This document shows positions 39,389-47,853 of a stretch of 64,000 nt of DNA, piece after piece; the first letter of the stretch is position 1, and every line of letters starts with the position of its first letter. The DNA is from Christensenellales bacterium (GTDB lineage Bacteria; Bacillota; Clostridia; Christensenellales; SZUA-584), in NCBI GenBank assembly GCA_040768905.1, contig JAXGMA010000001.1, positions 1,299,806 to 1,363,805 of the forward strand, in the 5' to 3' direction. The notes under the pieces were generated by a model. The model was not told where the DNA came from. It did no database searches and saw only the letters and a list, made by a program, of their open reading frames with translations. The position numbers were made by a program, and so were the translations under genes.

Positions 39389-39417
39389 ATTGTATACAAT
39401 CATTGGCTGCAAGTCAA
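39389..39417 (-). promoter_or_regulatory. promoter of the ABC/GRE cluster (TTGACT-17 nt-TACAAT) overlapped by the palindrome ATTGTATACAAT
   Basis: On the minus strand, TTGACT is at 39417-39412 and TACAAT at 39394-39389. The perfect 12-bp palindrome at 39389-39400 covers the -10 element. Confidence 0.5.
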
Positions 39418-39495
39418 GCCTGTTTTTTGATTGTTTGCAATTTCATACGGTTTATCTAATGGCTCTTTCTTATTGAGGGCTGGCTTGGCCCATTA

Positions 39496-40266
39496 TTATT
39501 GTCTTGGCTGTCCGGTATGTGCGGTCATGCCGCCGTCAGCGGTTATGCAAGTGCCGGTGATAAACCCGGACTCATCAGAGGCAAGGAAATACATGATGTT
39601 GGCGATATCCTCTGGCTTTGCGATCCTTTTCATCGGAAAAGCGTTTTCAAACATGCTGACAACCTCTGGCGGATTGCTCAGGAACATAGGCGTACCTGTA
39701 GCACCGGGGCAGATCGCATTAACACGGATACCTTTATCCGCATAATCGAGCGCCATGGCTTTTGTCAGCGTCACGACCGCGCCTTTTGATGCGTTGTAAG
39801 CTGCCGCGCCATAGTCTCCGTACAGGCCGGAAACTGAAGCGACATTGATGATTACGCCGCTTTTTCTTTCCAGCATCTGAGGCACAAAATGCTTTGACAG
39901 CAGATAAATGGCTTTGACATTGACGTTGAACACAGCATCCCAATCCGCTTCTTTGACCTCATGGATCATCCCGCCTCGGAAAATGCCGGCATTATTGACT
40001 AAAACGTCACATCCCCCTATTTTTTCATTTGTATATTTGACAAGATTGATCACATCTTGTTCATCGCTGATGTTGCCATGAAAATAATGCAGCCGGCCCT
40101 GTGCTGCCTGCGCCTTGTGTTCGGCGAGCAGCTCATTGGCCATCGGCTCATTGACATCAACAAAAACAACGGAACACCCGTTCAGTAAAAATTTTTCTAC
40201 CGCAGCTTTTCCCATCCCTGAACTTCCGCCCGTGATGAGAACTCTTTGACTGTCCATATTGATCAT
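39496..40266 (-). CDS. short-chain dehydrogenase/reductase (SDR)
   Basis: 256 aa with TGGSSGMG, NNAG and the YxxxK motif (YNASK). Confidence 0.85.
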   Translation of the reverse strand: MINMDSQRVLITGGSSGMGKAAVEKFLLNGCSVVFVDVNEPMANELLAEHKAQAAQGRLHYFHGNISDEQDVINLVKYTNEKIGGCDVLVNNAGIFRGGMIHEVKEADWDAVFNVNVKAIYLLSKHFVPQMLERKSGVIINVASVSGLYGDYGAAAYNASKGAVVTLTKAMALDYADKGIRVNAICPGATGTPMFLSNPPEVVSMFENAFPMKRIAKPEDIANIMYFLASDESGFITGTCITADGGMTAHTGQPRQ

Positions 40267-40356
40267 CCTCCTTAAGTTTTGAAAAAACAGCCGTCAAAAT
40301 CTATTTTGCCGGGTCGACGAACAAAATAGCCAAAATACTGTTTCTGTAAATACATG

Positions 40357-40388
40357 TTGACAAAAAACGAATGCGGATTGTATACTAT
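40357..40388 (+). promoter_or_regulatory. promoter (TTGACA-18 nt-TATACT) overlapped by the near-palindrome ATTGTATACTAT
   Basis: TTGACA at 40357-40362 and TATACT at 40381-40386. The site at 40377-40388 matches the 39389-39400 palindrome at 11 of 12 positions. Confidence 0.45.
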
Positions 40389-40480
40389 ATTATAAATTGA
40401 TATACCAACGTATGCACTATACACAATTTATCTCGTCCTGTCAATATGGCAACATAAAAAAATAAAAGGATAATATACCT

Positions 40481-40951
40481 ATGGAAAACTTTGATGGCCT
40501 TTTGCTGCAGCTGCTCGAAGAAGAGAAAAGCCTGCAATTCACTGAATTCAGCAATCAGACTGCGCTCCAGATCGGTTTGATTTTGGTTGATCTTGCTAAA
40601 GCGCGCGGCCTAAGCGTGGCTATAGACATCACAAGAAACGGGCATCAGCTTTTTCATTATGCTTTTGCCGGCACTTCACCCGATAATGACCGCTGGATCA
40701 AAGGCAAAACCAAGATCGCTAATATGGTGGGGCACAGCTCCTACTACTGCGAAATGTTTTTCAAGAACAGAGGCACCACAGTCGAGCCGGATTTTCACCT
40801 GTCCCATCTTGAGTATCTGCCTTACGGCGGCAGCTTTCCGATTATCATTGCAAACACAGGCATGATCGGTACGATCACCGTTTCGGGCTTGCCTTCGGAA
40901 GACGACCATAAACTTGTTGTCGAGGCCATAAAAAAATATTTGGGGAAATAA
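40481..40951 (+). CDS. UPF0303 / heme-degrading-domain (GlcG-like) protein
   Basis: 156 aa. The pattern (LQFTEFSNQTALQIG ... NDRWIKGKTKIA) is recalled from the UPF0303 family. Confidence 0.6.
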   Translation: MENFDGLLLQLLEEEKSLQFTEFSNQTALQIGLILVDLAKARGLSVAIDITRNGHQLFHYAFAGTSPDNDRWIKGKTKIANMVGHSSYYCEMFFKNRGTTVEPDFHLSHLEYLPYGGSFPIIIANTGMIGTITVSGLPSEDDHKLVVEAIKKYLGK

Positions 40952-40974
40952 TAATCATTAAGGAAGGTGTGAAG

Positions 40975-41994
40975 ATGAAACACAAGATTTTATTGTTGGG
41001 CCTTGGTTTCTGGGGCCGCAGATGGATAGGCATCATCATGGATTCGCAAAGAGTCGAATTGTCCGGTTTTTGCGGCACAAAAGAAGAGACCGAAAGCATT
41101 TGCGCGCAGTACGGCATTTCAAGGGACCTGGCTTATACCGATTATAAAGAGGCCATTGAAAAAACAGATTCTCAGATTGCCGTCAACGTACTGCCGGGGG
41201 TCCTCCATTTTGATGCGGACAAACTTGCTCTTGAAAAAGGCCTGCATATCATCACAGAGAAACCTCTCGCGATGAGCATGGATGAAGCAAACGCTCTTTT
41301 AAAGATCAAAGCGGCCAATCCCCGCCTCAAGTTTATGACCTGCCAGAACTACCGTTGGCGCCCGCATAATCAAGCGATCAAAAATGCCATCCAGACGGGC
41401 CTGATCGGAGACATAGAATCATTGCTGGTCGAGTTCCGCAAACAGGAGGATCTGCAGGGGTACCGCGCCGGGCTGGAACAGCCGCTGCTCCAGGATGTCT
41501 CTATCCATCATTTTGACCTTGTCAGATTTTTTACCGGGGCCAGATTCAAAAGCATTTACTGCCATTCGTACAGGCCATCATGGTCACTTTTTAACGGACG
41601 CCCCAACACCGATGCTTTGATCAAGATGGACAATAACATCCGCGTTGTGTATAACGGCAGCTGGGCAGCCCGCGGCAAAGAAAGCTCCTGGGACGGCAAC
41701 TTCACGATCACGGGCAGCAAAGGCTGTTTGACACTTGACGCCGATAATAATGTGTATTTCTTCAAGTACGAAAAAGATGAAGCCGTTGTGATGGAGGCCG
41801 GAGCCGAACAGGGCATGCTCTTGACGCTGCCTGACATGGCCGTATCAGAAACGGAATACGGCTTGACCCATATACTTGACTGTATCGAAAAAGATTTGGT
41901 GCCGGAAACCACGCTCGAGGACAACGTGTACAGCCTTGAAATGGTTTGCGCCGCACTTGATTCTGTAAAACAGCAAAAACTTATCGAGAGATAG
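40975..41994 (+). CDS. Gfo/Idh/MocA-family oxidoreductase
   Basis: About 339 aa with an N-terminal ILLLGLGFWG Rossmann motif and an EKP motif (ITEKPLA). AGGAAGG RBS before the ATG at 40975. Confidence 0.8.
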   Translation: MKHKILLLGLGFWGRRWIGIIMDSQRVELSGFCGTKEETESICAQYGISRDLAYTDYKEAIEKTDSQIAVNVLPGVLHFDADKLALEKGLHIITEKPLAMSMDEANALLKIKAANPRLKFMTCQNYRWRPHNQAIKNAIQTGLIGDIESLLVEFRKQEDLQGYRAGLEQPLLQDVSIHHFDLVRFFTGARFKSIYCHSYRPSWSLFNGRPNTDALIKMDNNIRVVYNGSWAARGKESSWDGNFTITGSKGCLTLDADNNVYFFKYEKDEAVVMEAGAEQGMLLTLPDMAVSETEYGLTHILDCIEKDLVPETTLEDNVYSLEMVCAALDSVKQQKLIER

Positions 41995-42011
41995 CAATAC
42001 ATCATCATTTT

Positions 42012-42039
42012 GGCTGTGCGGTCATGCGCAGCCTTTTTT
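42012..42039 (+). terminator. intrinsic terminator
   Basis: GGCTGTGC-GGTCAT-GCGCAGCC followed by TTTTTT. Confidence 0.8.
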
Positions 42040-42054
42040 CTTGCGTCAGCCATC

Positions 42055-42103
42055 AAAAAAGCGCCTAGACTCTTCATCAAAAAGAGCTCTGGCGCTTTTT
42101 TTG
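42055..42103. terminator. bidirectional terminator-like hairpin between convergent genes
   Basis: An A6 run, AGCGCC...CTCTT / AAGAG...GGCGCT arms with an internal loop, then a T7 run. Confidence 0.6.
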
Positions 42104-42150
42104 TCTTAACGGCGGCTGGCTCTAAGTAAAATCCAGCCGTCAAAAACAAT

Positions 42151-42942
42151 TTAAATAGACCTGATCACACCGCCTTCAACACGTATTGACGCACCATTAG
42201 TCGCCGCTGAAAGGCTTGAACAATAATAGGTCACCGTATTGGCCACTTCTTCGACTGTCGCGAAACGCTGCAGCAGCGATGTGGGGTCATACTCTTTGAA
42301 ATAATCCTTGACATGCTGCTCCATCGTTTTGTTCTGCGAGGCGGCGATACCGCATTGATATTCGGCCGTGCTTTCGGTATATGTGAGCCCCGGCAGTATG
42401 GAATTGACAGTCACACACGTTCCTTTGGTCAGCTCTGCGAGCGAACGTGTCAGCCCGAGCATGGCTGTTTTTGTCACCGAGTAATGGATAAGCAAAGGCA
42501 GGGGCTTGAATCCGCACTCGCTTGATACATTGATGATCCTTCCGTAATTTGCTTTGAGCATTTTCGGCAGATAATGCCGGGCAGTGCGTACGGCGCTCAT
42601 CACATTCACGTTGAAAAAGTACATCCAATCCTCATCGGGGGTTTCGTCAAAAGGTTTTGACTCATATTGCCCCAGATTGTTGACCAGTATCTGCACTTCT
42701 CCCGCGGAATCCGCCGTCTTGATCAGTTCATTGGCACCTTCAAGAGTGCTCAGATCGCCAGGGCCGGGTATCGTCTCCCCGAATGGCCTTAACTCATCTG
42801 ACACCGCTTTTACTTTGTCCTTATCCCTTCCATTGATCACGACACGAGCGCCCTCCGCCAATAGGGATTTTGCAATGGCTTTACCGATACCTGCCGTCGA
42901 TCCTGTGACGATCGCAAGCTGACCTTTCAGTTTTAAATCCAT
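42151..42942 (-). CDS. short-chain dehydrogenase/reductase (SDR)
   Basis: 263 aa with TGSTAGIG, NNLG and YSVTK motifs. Confidence 0.85.
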   Translation of the reverse strand: MDLKLKGQLAIVTGSTAGIGKAIAKSLLAEGARVVINGRDKDKVKAVSDELRPFGETIPGPGDLSTLEGANELIKTADSAGEVQILVNNLGQYESKPFDETPDEDWMYFFNVNVMSAVRTARHYLPKMLKANYGRIINVSSECGFKPLPLLIHYSVTKTAMLGLTRSLAELTKGTCVTVNSILPGLTYTESTAEYQCGIAASQNKTMEQHVKDYFKEYDPTSLLQRFATVEEVANTVTYYCSSLSAATNGASIRVEGGVIRSI

Positions 42943-43057
42943 TTGATTACCTCCATGTGTTTACTTTGGCCTTATTTTAAACAATATTTTAATTATTCCA
43001 TGCAAGGGCAGCGGAACCGTATCTTAATGCGCCGCCGCTCAACGTTTGACTTTGCCG

Positions 43058-43462
43058 TTATAACACTTCGTTGATCTCGAGATGCTCATTGTCCGGCCTT
43101 CTGAAAAGGATCCATTTTGACCCGTTTTCCCAGACACTTGGTGCATGTGTGATCGTTTCTTCTTCGAACACTATGCCTCTTTGCTCAAGCTTTTGCTTGA
43201 TAGCCTCGATGTTTTTCACTTTGATCGCGATATGATCAAACCACCCATCGCTGCGCTTTTGCGCGTTCGGCAGCTGGACAGCCTCAATACAAAGATCGCC
43301 CAGGCTTAAAAAACAAATCTTGACTTCACCGTTTTCACTTTGCAAGGCCGTTTCATGTGCGACCTTAAACCCCAGTATCTTTGAGTAGAAGCTCTTTGTC
43401 TTTTCGATATCGGTGATAAACAAGCCTATATGCGCAAGACCTTCCATTTTTGCTTCAGACAT
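43058..43462 (-). CDS. VOC-family (glyoxalase/bleomycin-resistance/dioxygenase fold) protein
   Basis: 134 aa with a paired beta-alpha-beta-beta-beta pattern (HIGLFITDIEKTKSFY ... DHIAIKVKNIE). Confidence 0.7.
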   Translation of the reverse strand: MSEAKMEGLAHIGLFITDIEKTKSFYSKILGFKVAHETALQSENGEVKICFLSLGDLCIEAVQLPNAQKRSDGWFDHIAIKVKNIEAIKQKLEQRGIVFEEETITHAPSVWENGSKWILFRRPDNEHLEINEVL

Positions 43463-43492
43463 TTTTCTATCCTCCTCATTAGTGTTGATTTA

Positions 43493-43909
43493 TCAAGAAG
43501 ATGTTTCCGCAGTATACGCATCAAGCAGCACCTTAGGCGTTGTGGTCGGCCTGTTTTTTTCGATATCAAAAAAGCAGCCCGTTTGCCTGCCGGTGCAGCA
43601 GAGGGTATCCCCCGAAAAGATCTCGATCATCATTTCCCATTTGACTTTGCCCAGCCGCGAGATCCAGCTGCGCGCGAAAGGGCTGTCCGTGATCGTGAGC
43701 GGATGTTTGTACTGCGCTTCAGTTCTCACAAGAATGGGCGAAATCTTTTGCTTCATCATTTCTTTGTATGGATAATATTTGTTCAGGAAAGCGTGCCTTA
43801 GATCCTCGAACCATTTGATGTACACAATATTGCTGACGATCCCCATAGAATCAATCTCATATGCTTTTACCATGATCTGCTCTTCTATCATCATTGGTCT
43901 GCCAGTCAT
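43493..43909 (-). CDS. hotdog-fold acyl-CoA thioesterase (YbgC/4HBT-like)
   Basis: 138 aa. The YEIDSMGIVSNIVYIKWFEDLR pattern is typical of 4HBT-type thioesterases. Confidence 0.65.
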   Translation of the reverse strand: MTGRPMMIEEQIMVKAYEIDSMGIVSNIVYIKWFEDLRHAFLNKYYPYKEMMKQKISPILVRTEAQYKHPLTITDSPFARSWISRLGKVKWEMMIEIFSGDTLCCTGRQTGCFFDIEKNRPTTTPKVLLDAYTAETSS

Positions 43910-43957
43910 AGGGTCCTCCGTCTTTTGTTTGGCTTGCTTGTTTGATCTTAGCTGCCT

Positions 43958-44953
43958 TTATTCACTTAACTGCGCCTGCACCGCGGTCATGGCCACCGTA
44001 TTGAATATGTCCTCTGCATTGCATCCGCGGGACAGATCATTGACGGGTCTGTTAAGGCCCTGTATGACCGACCCAATAAGCTTTCCGCCGCCCACGCGCT
44101 CAACAATTTTATACCCGATATTGCCGCTCTGCAGATCAGGAAAAACAAGAACATTAGCCCGCCCCGCGACGAGGCTGTCAGGGCATTTGAACCTGCCGAC
44201 ACTTTCAATGACCGCTGCATCAAACTGAAGCTCACCGTCGATGAGCAGCTCCGGTGCAGACTGTTTAGCCAGCGCTGCCGCCGCCGCGACCTTATCCACA
44301 AGCGCGTGATGGGCGCTGCCTTTGGTCGAAAATGAAAGCATGGCCACTTTGGGTTCGTCTTCTATCAGCTGCCTGTATGTATGCGCTGCCGCAACGGCGA
44401 TACCGGCAAGCTGTTCCGCAGTGGGACTGACGTTGACAACACAATCGGCCAAAGCCCATACTTTTGCTTCAATAAAGGGGCTGTGTGTCAAGTCCATGAG
44501 CTGGCAGTTTGATGCCATGGAAACGTCCGGGCGGCATTTGATGATCTGGAAAGCGGCTCTTAACACCTCGGCAGACGCTGTGGCGGCGCCTGTAACCATA
44601 CCGTCTGCATCGCCGTTCGCTACCATCACCATTGAAAAGTAAAGCGGATTTCTGATAAGCCTGTCCGCTTCTTCTCTGGACACGCCCTTATGCTTTCGCA
44701 GCTCGTATAGTTTTTGTGCATAAACAGCGGTCTTGCTGTATAAATCAGGATCGATAACGGTCAGACCGGCTGATGCAAAGCCATGCAGCCGTTCCTTTAC
44801 TGCCTGTTCATTCCCAGCCATAATGATATGCGCGATGCCGCTTTCTGCTGCCTGTTTTGCAGCCTGCAGTACTCTTGGGTCAGAGCTTTCGTTCAAAACG
44901 ATGGTTTTTTTAGAGGTCCCGGCTTTTTTTATGATCCTGCCAATCGCGCTCAA
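43958..44953 (-). CDS. pta: phosphate acetyltransferase
   Basis: 331 aa with N-terminal KTIVLNESSDPRVL, and the DGELQFDAA and VLVFPDLQSGNIGYK motifs. TTG start with GGAGGAG 6 nt upstream. Confidence 0.85.
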   Translation of the reverse strand: MSAIGRIIKKAGTSKKTIVLNESSDPRVLQAAKQAAESGIAHIIMAGNEQAVKERLHGFASAGLTVIDPDLYSKTAVYAQKLYELRKHKGVSREEADRLIRNPLYFSMVMVANGDADGMVTGAATASAEVLRAAFQIIKCRPDVSMASNCQLMDLTHSPFIEAKVWALADCVVNVSPTAEQLAGIAVAAAHTYRQLIEDEPKVAMLSFSTKGSAHHALVDKVAAAAALAKQSAPELLIDGELQFDAAVIESVGRFKCPDSLVAGRANVLVFPDLQSGNIGYKIVERVGGGKLIGSVIQGLNRPVNDLSRGCNAEDIFNTVAMTAVQAQLSE

Positions 44954-45244
44954 TGAAAGCTCCTCCGCAGCCTGTTCTAAAAACGGTATCTATGTGGGTA
45001 TCTGGTTAAGGCTGCACTCTGTGCTGTCCGCCTGATCTCACAGACTGCAGCGCCCTGATACCCTCATGATCCATGTTTCTTTAGTCTATTGTATCTGATT
45101 TTCTGATTTTCGCAATGGCTTATCAAAAAAACCGACCTAAAAGATAGACCGGGATCCAGCCTCGTACTGTCCAAACATTCTGCGGTGTTTACTGAAAGCT
45201 CATGTTTTTTAGCTTTGTCAGCCTTTTTACGGTTTTACAGTCAG

Positions 45245-46729
45245 TCAGAATAGCGGACGCTGCTTTTCTGCCAGCTGCTCAACAGCGATGACAAACCGGT
45301 CTATCTCCTCTGCCGTGTTATATACGCCAAGCGAGGCGCGCAAAGTGCTGTTCAAACCGAAGCGATGGATCAGCGGCTGTGCACAATGGTGCCCGGCCCG
45401 CACAGCAAACCCAAGCCGGTCCAAGTGTTTGGCGATAGTCTCCGACGGTATGCTGTCTATCACAAAAGAGACCACACCTGTCTTGCCCGGAACCGTCCCA
45501 ATAAGACGCATGCCGGCAATATTTTTAAGCTGCCCAAAAAGCCTTTGGGTGAGCCGCGCTTCGTGCCGCATGATATTTAGCATACCAATATTTTGCATAT
45601 AATCGACGGCTGCGCCAAGCCCGACAGCATCTGCGATGTTTGCTGTGCCTGCTTCAAATTTCTGCGGCGGCTGCGAGAACAGCGTCTGGTCAAAACGCAC
45701 TGATTTGATCATCCCTCCGCCGGTTTGATACGGCGGCATACGGCAGAGCAGTTCCTTGCGCGCGTAAAGCACCCCGATACCTGTCGGCCCGTACATTTTA
45801 TGGCCGGAGAACGCGAAAAAATCTGCACCCAGCGCCAAAACGTCTGAATGTAAATGCGCCACCGCCTGCGCCGCGTCCACAAAAATAAGCGCGCCATGCC
45901 GGTGCGCGATATCGGCCATCTGCCGGACTGGGTTGACGGTACCCAAAACATTGGATACGTACGCCGTTGATACGATCCGCGTTTTTGGTGAAAAAAGCCT
46001 TTCGTACTGGTCAATATCCAGTGCACCGGCCTCATCAACGGGCACTTTTTTAATATAAGCGCCAGTATTTTGGGCGGTAATCTGCCACGGCACGATGTTG
46101 GAATGATGCTCCATTTCCGTAAGGATGATCTCATCGCCCGCTTTTAAGTTCTGCTGCCCCCAGCTGCCAGCGACGAGATTGACAGCTTCTGTCGTGCCTC
46201 GCACAAACACGATCTCATCCTTTGATGCCGCGCCGATAAACCTTTGCAGCTTCGCGCGCGCCGCCTCATAGCTTTCAGTCGCCCGCCTTGCGAGGCTGTG
46301 CGCGCCTCTGTGGATGTTTGAGTTGTATCCGCTGTAATAACAGTCAAGCGCATCTATCACACACTGCGGTTTCTGTGTTGTGGCTGCGTTGTCAAGCCAG
46401 ACAAGCGGATGGCCGTTGATTGATTGACGGAGGATCGGGAAGTCACTTTGCAGGGCTTGCGCATCTAAAAACGTTTGACCGTTATGACGCGTTGTGGGAA
46501 AAGACGGCATAAAATAATACAGGCTGGCTGCTTTAGGCCTTACCGCTGCTGGTTCTGTTTGCATGACAGGCTTGATATGCTGTGCCCCGGAAGAAATATT
46601 TTGATCAGCGTATTCTCCCCAACCGCCTGTCTCCCTCAACATCCGGTTCGCAGTCTCTTTGATCATTTCGGTCAAACCATCTTTAGAACAGCTATTAAGT
46701 GCTAGCCCATACGGGTCATTGATAATCAT
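45245..46729 (-). CDS. SufS-type cysteine desulfurase with ~115-aa N-terminal extension (putative encapsulin cargo)
   Basis: The core starts at DFPILRQSINGHPLVWLDNAATTQKP and has the PLP-lysine region (FSGHKMYGPTG) and the RAGHHCAQP active-site loop. The extension is low-complexity. The start at 46729 overlaps the shell-gene stop by 14 nt. Confidence 0.8.
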   Translation of the reverse strand: MIINDPYGLALNSCSKDGLTEMIKETANRMLRETGGWGEYADQNISSGAQHIKPVMQTEPAAVRPKAASLYYFMPSFPTTRHNGQTFLDAQALQSDFPILRQSINGHPLVWLDNAATTQKPQCVIDALDCYYSGYNSNIHRGAHSLARRATESYEAARAKLQRFIGAASKDEIVFVRGTTEAVNLVAGSWGQQNLKAGDEIILTEMEHHSNIVPWQITAQNTGAYIKKVPVDEAGALDIDQYERLFSPKTRIVSTAYVSNVLGTVNPVRQMADIAHRHGALIFVDAAQAVAHLHSDVLALGADFFAFSGHKMYGPTGIGVLYARKELLCRMPPYQTGGGMIKSVRFDQTLFSQPPQKFEAGTANIADAVGLGAAVDYMQNIGMLNIMRHEARLTQRLFGQLKNIAGMRLIGTVPGKTGVVSFVIDSIPSETIAKHLDRLGFAVRAGHHCAQPLIHRFGLNSTLRASLGVYNTAEEIDRFVIAVEQLAEKQRPLF

Positions 46730-47699
46730 AGTAGCTTCCCACCTCGACATCCTCGAGCACCCCGAGCGCGTCGTCTGCAAGAACGGCAATTGAGAAATAC
46801 AAACTCAGTATGTACGACGCGATACCCCTGTTGTCTATGCTCCCAAGCCGCACAGAAAGGCTGGGTGTATTGACTTCATCCGGCACCCCGGGCTGATGCA
46901 GCCCGATCACACCCTGCTCGCTTTCACCAACACGCAGCAGGATCATGTTCGTTTTCCCCCCCATACCGTTCGCATAGGAGCCTTTGATTTGGAGTTTGTC
47001 ACACGGTAAAAGCGGCACGCCGCGCCAGGTGATAAACGGCGATCCAAAGAAATTGACTGCCACCGGCGGTACCCCTCTTTTGGTGCACTCCCTGCCGAAC
47101 GCTGCAATCGCTCTTGGATGTGCCAGAAAAAAAGCAGGCTTCTTCCATACTTTTGCAAGCAATTCATCCAGATCATCGGGCGTGGGCGTGCCTCTTCTTG
47201 AAAGCACTCTCATATGCGGCGAAGCGGCATTCAGCAGTCCGAATTCTAAATTGTTGATCAGTTCATGTTCCTGTTTTTCCTTCATCGCTTCGATGGTCAG
47301 CCGCATCTGTTCATCCTTCTGACCGATCGGTTTATTAAAGATATCCGTCACGTTGGTGTTCAGGCGAAGTATCGTCTGTATGAGGCTGAGTGTGTACTCT
47401 TTCGGTTTGTCGTCAAGGTCGGCATATGTCTCCGAGATCGCATCTTCATTGATGTGCCTGTAGTTTGACTCGATACGTTTTTCACCGTATTCGTTATAAA
47501 GATCGTCTGCCTGCCTGGCTTTTTTTATATGGTTGACACGGTAAGTGCCGGCTTCAACGGGAACCCACGGCAAAAACTTGAGCAGCCACCGCGGTGTAAT
47601 GCTCTCCATCATCGGCACTGACTTTGTGGTATCAGAAAGACGCCTTGCAGCATCCGGAAGCAAGCTCATATGCCGCATTGTGTAATCGGTCTTATCCAT
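46716..47699 (-). CDS. family 2A encapsulin nanocompartment shell protein
   Basis: 327 aa. Segments ITPRWLLKFLPWVPVEAGTYRVN, TPTPDDLDELLAKVWKKPAFFLAHPRAIAAFGRECTKRGVPP and ITWRGVPLLP closely match my recollection of SrpI-type family 2A shells. It is paired with a cysteine desulfurase. The ATG at 47699 has an AAGAGGTG RBS. Confidence 0.75.
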   Translation of the reverse strand: MDKTDYTMRHMSLLPDAARRLSDTTKSVPMMESITPRWLLKFLPWVPVEAGTYRVNHIKKARQADDLYNEYGEKRIESNYRHINEDAISETYADLDDKPKEYTLSLIQTILRLNTNVTDIFNKPIGQKDEQMRLTIEAMKEKQEHELINNLEFGLLNAASPHMRVLSRRGTPTPDDLDELLAKVWKKPAFFLAHPRAIAAFGRECTKRGVPPVAVNFFGSPFITWRGVPLLPCDKLQIKGSYANGMGGKTNMILLRVGESEQGVIGLHQPGVPDEVNTPSLSVRLGSIDNRGIASYILSLYFSIAVLADDALGVLEDVEVGSYYDYQ

Positions 47700-47853
47700 T
47701 TTTGCACCTCTTATCAACATTCTGAGGACTGTTTACATCCTCATTCACTATATGTACAGCTGTTAAGAAGCGTGTCGGGCGGAAGAAAAACGCAGAAAAA
47801 GAATAAAGCCACGTTAAAAAACGGGCTTGCCATAAAAACACCGGCATATTTTT

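Noticed and set aside
45012-45051. The inverted repeat CTGCACTCTGTG ... CACAGACTGCAG (11 of 12 bp) in the gap between the desulfurase and pta.
   Set aside because: It is an isolated hairpin with no U-tract and no recognisable RNA-family features. It could be a weak terminator or a pta 5'-UTR element, but there is nothing to support a specific call.
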